Origin: Candidatus Iainarchaeum sp.
GTDB lineage: Archaea > Iainarchaeota > Iainarchaeia > Iainarchaeales > GCA-2688035
Direction of reading: 5' to 3'
DNA: 64,000 nucleotides
Assembly (NCBI GenBank): GCA_017610175.1
Contig: JAFCCO010000001.1
Coordinates: 32,001-96,000, forward strand
Shown: piece by piece, positions 53,191-61,168 of the stretch
Layout: the number at the start of each line of letters is the position of its first letter
How positions within the stretch are numbered: position 1 is the first letter of the stretch
Notes under the pieces: generated by a model
The model's input: the letters and a program-made list of their open reading frames with translations, nothing else
What the model was told of the DNA's origin: nothing
The model's database searches: none
Translations under genes and position numbers: made by a program

Positions 53191-53775
53191 TTTCTTTGCA
53201 GGCCTTTCATTCCGCAAATTCATTTTTTCGCGGACTTCCTCAAGATTCACCTTTGTGTCCTTGCAGCCGTCGTACAAAAGCAGTGCAGTCTGTGGCGAAA
53301 CCTCTGTTCCCTGGAGGACATCAAAAGCCATGTTTGCTTCATTATAGCAGGCAACCCCCAGAATTGCCTTTGGCTTGTATTTCTTTATAATCTTGTAAAC
53401 CATGCTTCCGCCGGGGCAGATAAAAACCTTCCCAAATCCATTTTCCTCTGCAAGCAAAATCAAAGCCGGAATCTGGCACTTTCCGCACTTCTTGCACTGC
53501 AATCCATCTTCATTGTATTCCGCAATGCATTCCTTGCTGTTTCTCAGGCAATGCGGCAAAAACAGGAACCTTTCCTTGTTTGGGATTCGCTTGTAGCCGT
53601 ATTCGTTCATCTTGTTTCTAAGCTCAATATGGGTGTAGCTGATAAGCCTTTCGCTCAACCCGAATTTTTTTGCAATGGCCTCTGTTGTCTCAGCCACGTT
53701 CAGGTGAGTGGTCTTGTCCACCAGCTTACCGATTTGTTCCTTTATGCGCAGGTTAATTGCAGCCATGTTTCCCAC
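53173..53775 (-). CDS. DUF116 family protein
   Basis: LPHCLR, CKKCGKC, PGGS, GVAC, GCKDT. Confidence 0.88.
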   Translation of the reverse strand: MGNMAAINLRIKEQIGKLVDKTTHLNVAETTEAIAKKFGLSERLISYTHIELRNKMNEYGYKRIPNKERFLFLPHCLRNSKECIAEYNEDGLQCKKCGKCQIPALILLAEENGFGKVFICPGGSMVYKIIKKYKPKAILGVACYNEANMAFDVLQGTEVSPQTALLLYDGCKDTKVNLEEVREKMNLRNERPAKKLIETK

Positions 53776-53807
53776 TAAAAAAAAGGTTGCAAAAGCGTTA
53801 AAAACAG

Positions 53808-54053
53808 CTACATTCCTGCAACAAGCCTGTCCTTTTCAGCCCGTGTAAATTGCTTTATTTTGTGCTCGCGCTTCATAGCCAAGCTTCTGCTTTCAATTTC
53901 CTCTGAATAAACAAGCCTTACAGGCCGCCTTCGCTTTGTATACTTTGCCCCGGCGCCCTTGTTGTGCGCCTCAACCCTTTTTTTCAAATCATTTGTCCAG
54001 CCGCAGTAAAGGCTTTTGTCCCTGCATTCCACAAGGTAAACGTAGAAAGGCAT
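53808..54053 (-). CDS. small GIY-YIG nuclease (UPF0213/YazA-like)
   Basis: YVYLVEC.D.SLY.G.T, HN.G.GAKYT, RE..IK. Confidence 0.92.
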   Translation of the reverse strand: MPFYVYLVECRDKSLYCGWTNDLKKRVEAHNKGAGAKYTKRRRPVRLVYSEEIESRSLAMKREHKIKQFTRAEKDRLVAGM

Positions 54054-54647
54054 TCAAAACGTTCTCTCAAAGTCCCTAATTCCCCTGATTCCAACGCTCC
54101 AAGCATCTTTCCCAATTGCAAATTCCTTTTTCTTTTTCTTGATTTGAATAAGCCTGCTTTCGGTCTCGCTTAATTTCCAAACAAGCTCTGCCTTGTGTGT
54201 TAAATCCACAATAAAGCGTTCTCCCCCCAACTTGACCACTGAGTAACTGTGTGTTCCAATTCTCACAAAGGACGCCGGAATTCCCCTGGCGCGCAAAGCG
54301 GCGGTCATTGCAATGGTGAAGTCAAGGCAGCCGATACTTTGAACTCCGGAAAGTTTTCCCTTGAGTGCAAAAACTTTTCCCGATGAAAGGATTTGCTCTG
54401 CGGTTCTTCTGGAATAGGATTCTGAAAACTGTTTTCCCTTAACCTTTACTACTTTCAGGTTTGTCAGCATTGCCTTTGCCATATGCCTTACAAGCTCAGC
54501 CGATGGCTTCCCAGGAAAGCGTGCGGCAAACGCCCTTAGTGCAGGGCCGGGTCTTGACTGTGGCCCTGGCTTTAGCACCCGCCTTCTTGCAACCGGCTTC
54601 CTAATGGGCTTTGCAGCAGTCTTTCCCATAATTCTTTTCTTCTTCAC
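54054..54647 (-). CDS. transglutaminase-like protein with basic N-terminus
   Basis: GCLDF...LRARGIPA...HSY...VD: Cys-His-Asp triad. Confidence 0.75.
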   Translation of the reverse strand: MKKKRIMGKTAAKPIRKPVARRRVLKPGPQSRPGPALRAFAARFPGKPSAELVRHMAKAMLTNLKVVKVKGKQFSESYSRRTAEQILSSGKVFALKGKLSGVQSIGCLDFTIAMTAALRARGIPASFVRIGTHSYSVVKLGGERFIVDLTHKAELVWKLSETESRLIQIKKKKKEFAIGKDAWSVGIRGIRDFERTF

Positions 54648-54651
54648 AGCA

Positions 54652-55182
54652 TCACCTTCGCCTTACACTATGGGTCCTTTTCCTAATCCTCTCAATTTCG
54701 GTGGCAATCGGAACAGCTTTTCCCACAACAGTTCCCCTTTTTCTCACCTGCTCAAGCCTCTTTTTGGTGTTGTTTGCTCTAGCCGGTCTGATTGAATATC
54801 CTTTGAATCTTTTTCTCAAATCCCTCAAGGCCTTCACTTCTGCAAGCGCGGCAAGTCCCTTTCCCCTGAGCTGGTTCTTTATCCCTGTGGAAAGGGGAGA
54901 AGCCCTTGAAATAGGGTAATATGCGCCAACCTCAATAAGCTTGTCTTTTGGGTGAACAACAAACTTAATGTGCCCCAAAAATGCCCCTGCAACAGGAGTT
55001 TGTGCTGCAATGGATTTAAGGGTGCCATTGATTGTGTGGTTTGAAATAAAAATGCCTTTTTTGCCTGGCTTGTGCCTCCCAATCTTCAAGTCATATCCCA
55101 TTTTCAGGGACTTTTCTGCATTGTGCAATTCCGACGGCTGGATGGGTTGGATATAAATCCCCCAAATCTGTTCCCCTGCCAT
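54652..55182 (-). CDS. basic hypothetical protein, possible GNAT-like fold
   Basis: LRGKGLA resembles the acetyl-CoA-binding motif A; R-rich C-terminus. Confidence 0.6.
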   Translation of the reverse strand: MAGEQIWGIYIQPIQPSELHNAEKSLKMGYDLKIGRHKPGKKGIFISNHTINGTLKSIAAQTPVAGAFLGHIKFVVHPKDKLIEVGAYYPISRASPLSTGIKNQLRGKGLAALAEVKALRDLRKRFKGYSIRPARANNTKKRLEQVRKRGTVVGKAVPIATEIERIRKRTHSVRRR

Positions 55183-55402
55183 ACTAAAAGAAGCGCTTTT
55201 GGGCTTATTAATTATTGGGGCTTGGAAAACAGCCTTTGTTTACCCTTTAAAATGCTTTCGATTTATCTATTATGTATACGAAAAGGAAAGGAAACTCTAT
55301 TTTTTTCTTAAATGAAGAACAAGCCGCTTCGAGCGGAATAGCGTTTTTTTGCCTTTTGCACAAAACAAATACCTTCTTAGAAGGCAAAAGGAGTTGAATA
55401 AT

Positions 55403-56506
55403 TTGAAATTCGAAGAACTAGACATATGTAAGACCCTTAAGATGGCAATCCACCAAAAGGGTTTTGAAGAGCCATCAGACGTGCAGGCACAGGTAATTCC
55501 TGTTGCACTCAATGGAAAGGACATTGTGGGAAAGTCAAAGACCGGAACAGGAAAAACCGCGGCATTTGCAATCCCACTGATTGAATTGATTAAGCCAAGG
55601 CAGGCTTTTTCAGCATTGATAATTACTCCCACAAGGGAACTTGCTCTCCAGGTAAAAGAGGAAGTTGTTTCCCTTGCAAAGGGAAGCGGGCTAAGCGCTG
55701 TAGCCGTTTTTGGCGGAGACAGTGTCTCAAAGCAGGCACAGCTTTTAAGGCGCAAGCCTGAAATAATTGTTGGAACACCGGGAAGGCTTCTTGACTTCAT
55801 TTCAAGGGGCAACCTTAACTTTTCAAAAACAGGGTTCCTTGTTCTTGACGAGGCAGACAGAATGTTTGACATGGGTTTTAGGGACGACATTGAGAAAATA
55901 ATTTCTTACACCCCAAAACACAGGCAGACAATGCTTTTCTCGGCAACAATGCCCAGCTCAATCCAAAACATGATTGACACCCACCTGAAGGATGACAAGG
56001 TTTTCTTCAACTTGAGCGAGGACGATTCACCTGTTGACGAGGTTGAGCAGTACTACATTATGCTTGACAAAAGGCACAAGATTAATGCCTTGCAGGACAT
56101 AATTGGCTGGGACCAAAACGCAAAAACACTTGTTTTCTGCAGAACCAAGAGAACGGTTGACTGGCTGGAGGAACAGCTCTTAAGGCGCGGAATTCAGGCC
56201 TTGCCGCTTCACGGCGACAAAAGGCAGAGCGCAAGAAATTCAATTCTCCAAAAGTTTAAGAGATCAAGGGGCGGAGTTTTGATTGCAACAGACATTGTGG
56301 CAAGAGGAATCCACGTTGACGACATAGGGCATGTTGTAAACTTTGACTTCCCGGAAGAGCCTGAAACCTACATCCACAGGATTGGAAGAACAGCAAGGCA
56401 GGGAAAAAGAGGGCTTGCAGTAAGCTTTTGCGCAAATGTGCGCGAACTCGAGGACTTAAAGAGGCTTGCTGAAGAGCGAAACGCAGATATACGAGAACTG
56501 CGTTAA
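55403..56506 (+). CDS. DEAD-box RNA helicase
   Basis: GTGKT, PTRELA, DEAD, SAT, ARGIH, HRIGRTAR; TTG start behind AGGAG is inferred. Confidence 0.95.
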   Translation: MKFEELDICKTLKMAIHQKGFEEPSDVQAQVIPVALNGKDIVGKSKTGTGKTAAFAIPLIELIKPRQAFSALIITPTRELALQVKEEVVSLAKGSGLSAVAVFGGDSVSKQAQLLRRKPEIIVGTPGRLLDFISRGNLNFSKTGFLVLDEADRMFDMGFRDDIEKIISYTPKHRQTMLFSATMPSSIQNMIDTHLKDDKVFFNLSEDDSPVDEVEQYYIMLDKRHKINALQDIIGWDQNAKTLVFCRTKRTVDWLEEQLLRRGIQALPLHGDKRQSARNSILQKFKRSRGGVLIATDIVARGIHVDDIGHVVNFDFPEEPETYIHRIGRTARQGKRGLAVSFCANVRELEDLKRLAEERNADIRELR

Positions 56507-56524
56507 TAGTTGGAGGAATTTAAA

Positions 56525-56923
56525 ATGATTGAAGTTGAACAAGACACACATGCAAGGGTTGTTGAAAAGCCCTGCATCTCCATTTCCATTAGCGGAAAGG
56601 ATTTGGTTAAGAGAATCTTAACCAACTTTAAGGGCGTTCCAGACCCTGAAGCATTGAAGCAAACCGATTTCATCGGCCTGCGCTTTGCAAAGGGAGTAAC
56701 CGGAGAGGAACTCTTAACGGTTTACGGGGACCAGAACACCTTTGGATTCAAGTGCCCAAACAAGACATTTGACACAGTCCACAGCCTGATGAAGGAAGAG
56801 CGAGGAGACGTAAAGCAAACCGTTCTCAACAAGAGCGGAAACTACGTCAGCCACGCAACCGAAAAAGAATGGAAAGAGCAGTGCAAGAAAAACAAGACTC
56901 CCTGGCTTGTTCCAAGGAAGTAA
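56525..56923 (+). CDS. hypothetical protein
   Basis: SD GGAGG; follows the helicase in the same orientation. Confidence 0.7.
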   Translation: MIEVEQDTHARVVEKPCISISISGKDLVKRILTNFKGVPDPEALKQTDFIGLRFAKGVTGEELLTVYGDQNTFGFKCPNKTFDTVHSLMKEERGDVKQTVLNKSGNYVSHATEKEWKEQCKKNKTPWLVPRK

Positions 56924-56994
56924 ACGGTTTACGCTAATTCAGCCCTTAAGTTAAGCCTGAGTTTCCGGCTTATCTTTTGGCTACTTTTTTTTAT

Positions 56995-57675
56995 TCACTT
57001 AATTCTTCTTGCAGCGCCCTTGTGAACAAGCTGGCTTGCAAACATTTTTACGTTTCTAAACCTTGGCAGTTTTTGGGCTTTTTTGGCTTTGCGCGTATGC
57101 GTAACTCCTCCCAAGTGAACTTGAAGGGGCTTGCCGAACTTTCGCTTAAATACGTCGTAAAAGAATACTGATGTGCCATAGGCAGGGCTTTTTGCAAGGT
57201 GCTTAATTACCTTTGGGTCTTTAAGAACCGCAGCCAAGTCTGCTGCATTGTAGGCCCTTTGCCCACTGCTTTGAATCCTAATGCTTTTTGCCCAGCGGCT
57301 TTTCCCCCTGGTAAAATGCGGCAATACACCCACAGCCAAATGGCCGGCTCTTGCGTTTTTGACAAGGCCCTCAATATGCTTTTTGTTTAAATTTGCAATG
57401 TCCGCGTCAAGTGTTACCACAACGCCTGCCTTTCTTTCAAAAGCGTGATTGAAACCGGTTAGCAGGCCCTCTTTCAAGCCGGTTTTCCGATTCTCAATTA
57501 CTGAAACACCCTCAAACCCGCGCGTTAATTTCCCAAGGTTGTCCCTTGAGTGGTCGTTTACAACAACTATGTCAACGCGCTCTTTTGAGCCCCTCTTAAA
57601 ATCCTGCACTGCCTCTAAGACCTTGCCGATGCGGGAAGCCTCGTTTTTGCAGGGAATGATTATGCAAACGCTCAT
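56995..57675 (-). CDS. GT2 family glycosyltransferase (basic)
   Basis: IIPCKNE, VVNDHS.D, TLDAD, SGQRA. Confidence 0.85.
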   Translation of the reverse strand: MSVCIIIPCKNEASRIGKVLEAVQDFKRGSKERVDIVVVNDHSRDNLGKLTRGFEGVSVIENRKTGLKEGLLTGFNHAFERKAGVVVTLDADIANLNKKHIEGLVKNARAGHLAVGVLPHFTRGKSRWAKSIRIQSSGQRAYNAADLAAVLKDPKVIKHLAKSPAYGTSVFFYDVFKRKFGKPLQVHLGGVTHTRKAKKAQKLPRFRNVKMFASQLVHKGAARRIK

Positions 57676-57721
57676 GCATATACTAACTTTTTTGTAATTT
57701 ATACTTAGTAGGGATTGAAAG

Positions 57722-57794
57722 TGCCCTGGCCGGGATTCGAACCCGAATCACTGCCTTGAGAGGGCAGAATGCTTAACCGTTACACTACCGGGGC
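57722..57794 (-). tRNA. tRNA-Glu(CTC)
   Basis: CTGCC-CTCTCAA-GGCAG; GGTTCGAATCC. Confidence 0.95.
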
Positions 57795-57857
57795 AACTAA
57801 AAGAATTCGTTGGTAAATATTCTTTTAAATGAATTAATTTATAAGTCTTAGCAGTAA

Positions 57858-58021
57858 TGATGCAAAAGCAATGCTTTTGCGTCAAGCGAAAACAATGTTT
57901 TCGCAGTGATGAACAGGCTGAGGACTGACTGCCTTGAAGCGATGTTTCAGGCGGAATGACGACGATAATGAGTTCTGAGAATTTTGGGTGGGAAACCAAT
58001 TGGTTTCCCCCTTCAAAGTTC
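57858..58021 (+). ncRNA. box C/D guide sRNA (core 57906-57978) with flanking and inserted hairpins
   Basis: C GTGATGA, 12 nt, D' CTGA, hairpin, C' ATGACGA, 12 nt, D CTGA. Confidence 0.8.
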
Positions 58022-58050
58022 ACCCTGTTTGTCTGAACGGTGCGAAAAAA

Positions 58051-58812
58051 ATGGCTGAAAAGGTTACGGTGATTGTTCCTGTTTTCAACGAGGCGGCAGC
58101 ACTCCCCTCTGTTTTGAAACCCCTTGTTTCCTGGAGAAACCAGGACAAAGCAGGAAGGGCCCTTGTGGTGGTAAATGATGGGAGTATTGACAGGACCGCT
58201 GAAGTTGCCCGCAGTCTTGGAGTAAAGGTAATTCCATCAGATTCCAAGCAGGGCAGAAATATTGGAAAGGCAGAGGCATTTATTGCAGGAGCCAAGCAGG
58301 CCAGGGCAAACAAAAGCGATGTTTTGGTTACGCTGGACGCCGACCTTCTCAATGTGACACCCAAGAAAGTGAACCAGTTGGTGGAGCAGCTTTCGCGCCT
58401 GAACGTAAACATGGTTACAGGCAAGGTTTATCCCACCGCCAAGCGGGGCTTTTTTCCAAAGCTCTTAAGGGGCCTGAATTTGGCCTTTTGGTCAAAGCCG
58501 ATTCTAAAGGAGCACAGCGGCCAGCGGGCAATTAAAATGCGTGCATTAAGCCAGTTGTTTAACAATAACCCAAAGTGGCTTTCTGCATTGAGGGGTTACG
58601 GGCTTGAAGCAGGCTTAAACTCTCTCATAAAAAAAGCCGCATTTTTTCCAAGGGGCGGAAAGGTTTTGTTCAACTCCCAGCCATCTTTTCGAAAGGGAAA
58701 AAAGGGCCTGAAAAGGCAGGTTACGCAAACCTATGTCTTATTTGATGAATGGGATGCTAAGGCAAGGGAATTGCGTAGGCAAAGAAAGAGGGCCAGAAGG
58801 GGAAGGCGTTAA
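58051..58812 (+). CDS. GT2 family glycosyltransferase (basic, R-rich tail)
   Basis: IVPVFNE, VVNDGS.D, TLDAD, SGQRA. Confidence 0.85.
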   Translation: MAEKVTVIVPVFNEAAALPSVLKPLVSWRNQDKAGRALVVVNDGSIDRTAEVARSLGVKVIPSDSKQGRNIGKAEAFIAGAKQARANKSDVLVTLDADLLNVTPKKVNQLVEQLSRLNVNMVTGKVYPTAKRGFFPKLLRGLNLAFWSKPILKEHSGQRAIKMRALSQLFNNNPKWLSALRGYGLEAGLNSLIKKAAFFPRGGKVLFNSQPSFRKGKKGLKRQVTQTYVLFDEWDAKARELRRQRKRARRGRR

Positions 58813-58819
58813 ATTAAAG

Positions 58820-58894
58820 TGCCGGAGGAGGGATCTGAACCCTCGACCTTTCGATTATGAGTCGAACGCTCTAACCAGGCTGAGCTACTCCGGC
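58820..58894 (-). tRNA. tRNA with CAT anticodon, probably elongator Met
   Basis: GCCGGAG/CTCCGGC (G1:C72, not initiator type); TTCGA-CTCATAA-TCGAA. Confidence 0.9.
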
Positions 58895-58940
58895 CTCTGA
58901 ATCAGTAAATATTAGGGAAAGCGAGCAATTAAAAAAGCTT

Positions 58941-59669
58941 TCAGAGAGCAAGAATTCCGTTTACCGCTTCGTCGCCCAAATCGTTTTGCTTGCTGTAATC
59001 CATTCTGCTCTTAACGGAAATTCCCTTCTTGCTGTGCGTTATTACGCGGTCGGCGTAGCCGATAAAAAGCCCTGTTTCAAGAACTCCCGGAACGTTCTTT
59101 GACTGGAACTCCAATTCGTCCATTGAGTAAATTTCGTCAATGTCAACGTTGATAATGTAGTGGTTTGTTTCGGTCCTGAACGGCTTGCCCCCCTTTTTCT
59201 GCAGCTTTGCCGTTCCAAGCGCCTCCAGCTGTGCAAGGGTCCTTTTCCACCCGAAAATTGAAACCTCGAACGGAACAATTCCCGAAAGCCTTTTTGCAAG
59301 ATTTGCTTCATCCGTTATTGCAATCATCTCCGCAGCACTCTGCGCAATCATCTTATCGCGAACAAGGCTTGTTGAATCCCTTTTGATGTAATTGAAGAGC
59401 GAGTCAACCTTGTCAACGAATTCAACCGCCACATCAACCTCGCGCTCGTTGATGTCTGCAACAGGAATGTGCAGGTCACCCAGAACAGCGGCAATCCTGC
59501 TGCTTGTTGGAATAACCCTCACTTTCTCCAAATGATGCTCTTCATCCTGAAGCTTTAGCGCAATCTTCTTCAAAAAAGTTTCAGAGTCCCTGCTTGTTCC
59601 AAAGGACAGGATGGAATCTGGCTTAATGTACTTGTCCACAAGGGCATCGATTATTTCTTCCGAAAGCAT
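58941..59669 (-). CDS. RpiA-fold protein with degenerate catalytic motifs
   Basis: overall RpiA pattern (IPTS, VPFEV, PGVLETGLF) but GTGST, DGADE and KGGG are replaced. Confidence 0.8.
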   Translation of the reverse strand: MLSEEIIDALVDKYIKPDSILSFGTSRDSETFLKKIALKLQDEEHHLEKVRVIPTSSRIAAVLGDLHIPVADINEREVDVAVEFVDKVDSLFNYIKRDSTSLVRDKMIAQSAAEMIAITDEANLAKRLSGIVPFEVSIFGWKRTLAQLEALGTAKLQKKGGKPFRTETNHYIINVDIDEIYSMDELEFQSKNVPGVLETGLFIGYADRVITHSKKGISVKSRMDYSKQNDLGDEAVNGILAL

Positions 59670-59735
59670 TCAACCTAATAAAGTGCTTTGGGATATTTAA
59701 AGGTTTTTACAGGTTTAAACCGCTTATTCTAAATA

Positions 59736-59881
59736 GCATCACCTCCTTTTGGAATTTTTTCTCAGGACTCTGCTTTTCTCGGCTTAAACTTTTGGCCTCG
59801 TTTCTTTCGGCACAAAGGATTTAATGCCTCCAAAAGCACCAGAGATGTCCACGAAAAAATTCGTTAACTTGGAGGTGATGC
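59736..59881 (+). ncRNA. long rod-like hairpin whose closing stem pairs an anti-SD with an SD
   Basis: GCATCACCTCC/GGAGGTGATGC, GAATTTTTTC/GAAAAAATTC and further nested stems. Confidence 0.6.
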
Positions 59882-59882
59882 G

Positions 59883-59984
59883 ATGATTTCAAATAAAGTT
59901 TCAGAAGCAAGAGACAGCCCATTTAGCGACGGGTTTTCTCTTGCAGAATTATGCAAGAATCTTAAGAGGGAGTGGTCGCTGTGA
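59883..59984 (+). CDS. 33-aa small ORF (MISNKVSEARDSPFSDGFSLAELCKNLKREWSL)
   Basis: perfect SD GGAGGTGA 4 nt before ATG; below the ORF-track length cutoff. Confidence 0.45.
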   Translation: MISNKVSEARDSPFSDGFSLAELCKNLKREWSL

Positions 59985-60040
59985 ACACCGGAAAGCCACT
60001 CTTTCCAAGAGGTTTTAAAGGGGGAAAACAAAGTTCTTGT

Positions 60041-61117
60041 ATGCAAGAGCGGGTTGGGTTTGAATCTAGCGAGGTAAGGAAAGAATTCTTTGCAGCCGTC
60101 AGAAAAGCAAGTAGAGTTAGTAGTTGGGACAAACTTGCTAACTTTTTGGCTTTGCATAGATCTCAATTCCAAAAATACCAATAGGGGGCGCTGTTTATTT
60201 CTTACAATCGGTTCAATTCAATGATACATTTATTGTCGATAGAAAAGCAAACTTATTTCAAAGCAAATATAATTAGCAGGCCCTGGAATTGGGGTGCGAT
60301 TAAAGGCGGAAAGGCTTGTTTTGAAAAGCACAAAGACGAAATTATTGGTGGGCTTAGAACTGGCTTCAACGAAAAGTTCCTTAAGAGTGAAAGAGAGCAG
60401 TGGTATAGATTTATGGAAAATCCGCTCTCAACAGAGCTTTGTGAATTTATAGGGGCTGTCATAGGAGATGGTTGTATTACTGCCTCAGCAGGTAAGCGAA
60501 CAAGACCACTTTATTGTGTAAACATTACAGGGGATGCAAAACTTGATAAAAATTATCTTACAAATACTCTCCCGGCAATTATTGAAAGACTTTTCAATAT
60601 TACCCCTTGTATATATTTTAGGAAAAAGAAAAGAGCGATGACACTCAATTTTCACTCTAAAATGTTGTTCAAAATGTTTACAAATCGATTTAATTTTGTA
60701 TCGGGCAATAAGACATTTAGTGTTACTATTCCTGATGAAATACTCTTAGCAGGGAGTGAATTCATTTTCGCGACGACTCGAGGAATTTTTGATACCGATG
60801 GATGTGTTTTCTTTGATTTGCGAAAAAAGTATAAGAAACCGTATCCTCGAATAACTTTGAATATTGTAAGTCAGCCACTGTTCATTCAGCTGAAGGATTT
60901 TCTTAGCAAGTATTTCTCTCTTTACACTCAGCACAATGTCAAGAGAAATAGTTATTATGTTGAAGTTTATGGTCACAAACAATTTGAGAAGTGGATGAGA
61001 TTGATTGGATTCTCAAATCAGAGGCACCTTAGCAGAATAAGGGGTAATTATGAGCTCCGACCGGGAGTCGAACCCGGGACCTCGTCATTACCAATGACGC
61101 GCTCTGAACCAAACTGA
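60041..61117 (+). pseudogene. HTH plus double-motif LAGLIDADG endonuclease-like gene, in-frame TAG at 60182-60184
   Basis: ORFs 59972-60184 and 60221-61117 share a frame; EFIGAVIGDG and RGIFDTDG; TTTTAAAG 28 nt before ATG 60041. Confidence 0.8.
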
Positions 61118-61128
61118 GCTATCGGAGC
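61053..61128 (-). tRNA. tRNA-Thr(GGT)
   Basis: GCTCCGA/TCGGAGC; CGTCA-TTGGTAA-TGACG. Confidence 0.95.
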
Positions 61129-61168
61129 AATATAAAAACTTACAATTAGAAAACTATTTTAATCTGTC

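Noticed and set aside
57858-58021. TIGR-like array or CRISPR array
   Set aside because: Only one C/D unit, no tandem repeat-spacer periodicity, and no Nop-domain or cas gene nearby
59736-59750. 16S rRNA 3' end (ATCACCTCCT)
   Set aside because: No helix-45 sequence or any other rRNA upstream; the motif is explained as a hairpin arm
59736-60004. SRP RNA or RNase P RNA
   Set aside because: No SRP helix-8 CAGG-GNAA-AGCA arrangement and no RNase P GAGGAAAGUCC motif on either strand
44097-60184. Genome-wide TAG recoding (e.g. pyrrolysine), suggested by two in-frame amber codons
   Set aside because: TAG ends many genes at their canonical C-termini (rpoB'', mscS, PEBP, FNR-like, FTR, hycI, hisS), and no pyl genes are in the window
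60221-61117. Intein
   Set aside because: No Hint-domain N-terminal Cys/Ser block, no terminal His-Asn, and no host extein
58820-61128. Integrated element between tRNA-Met and tRNA-Thr
   Set aside because: No direct repeat of either tRNA 3' end and no recombinase gene found by eye
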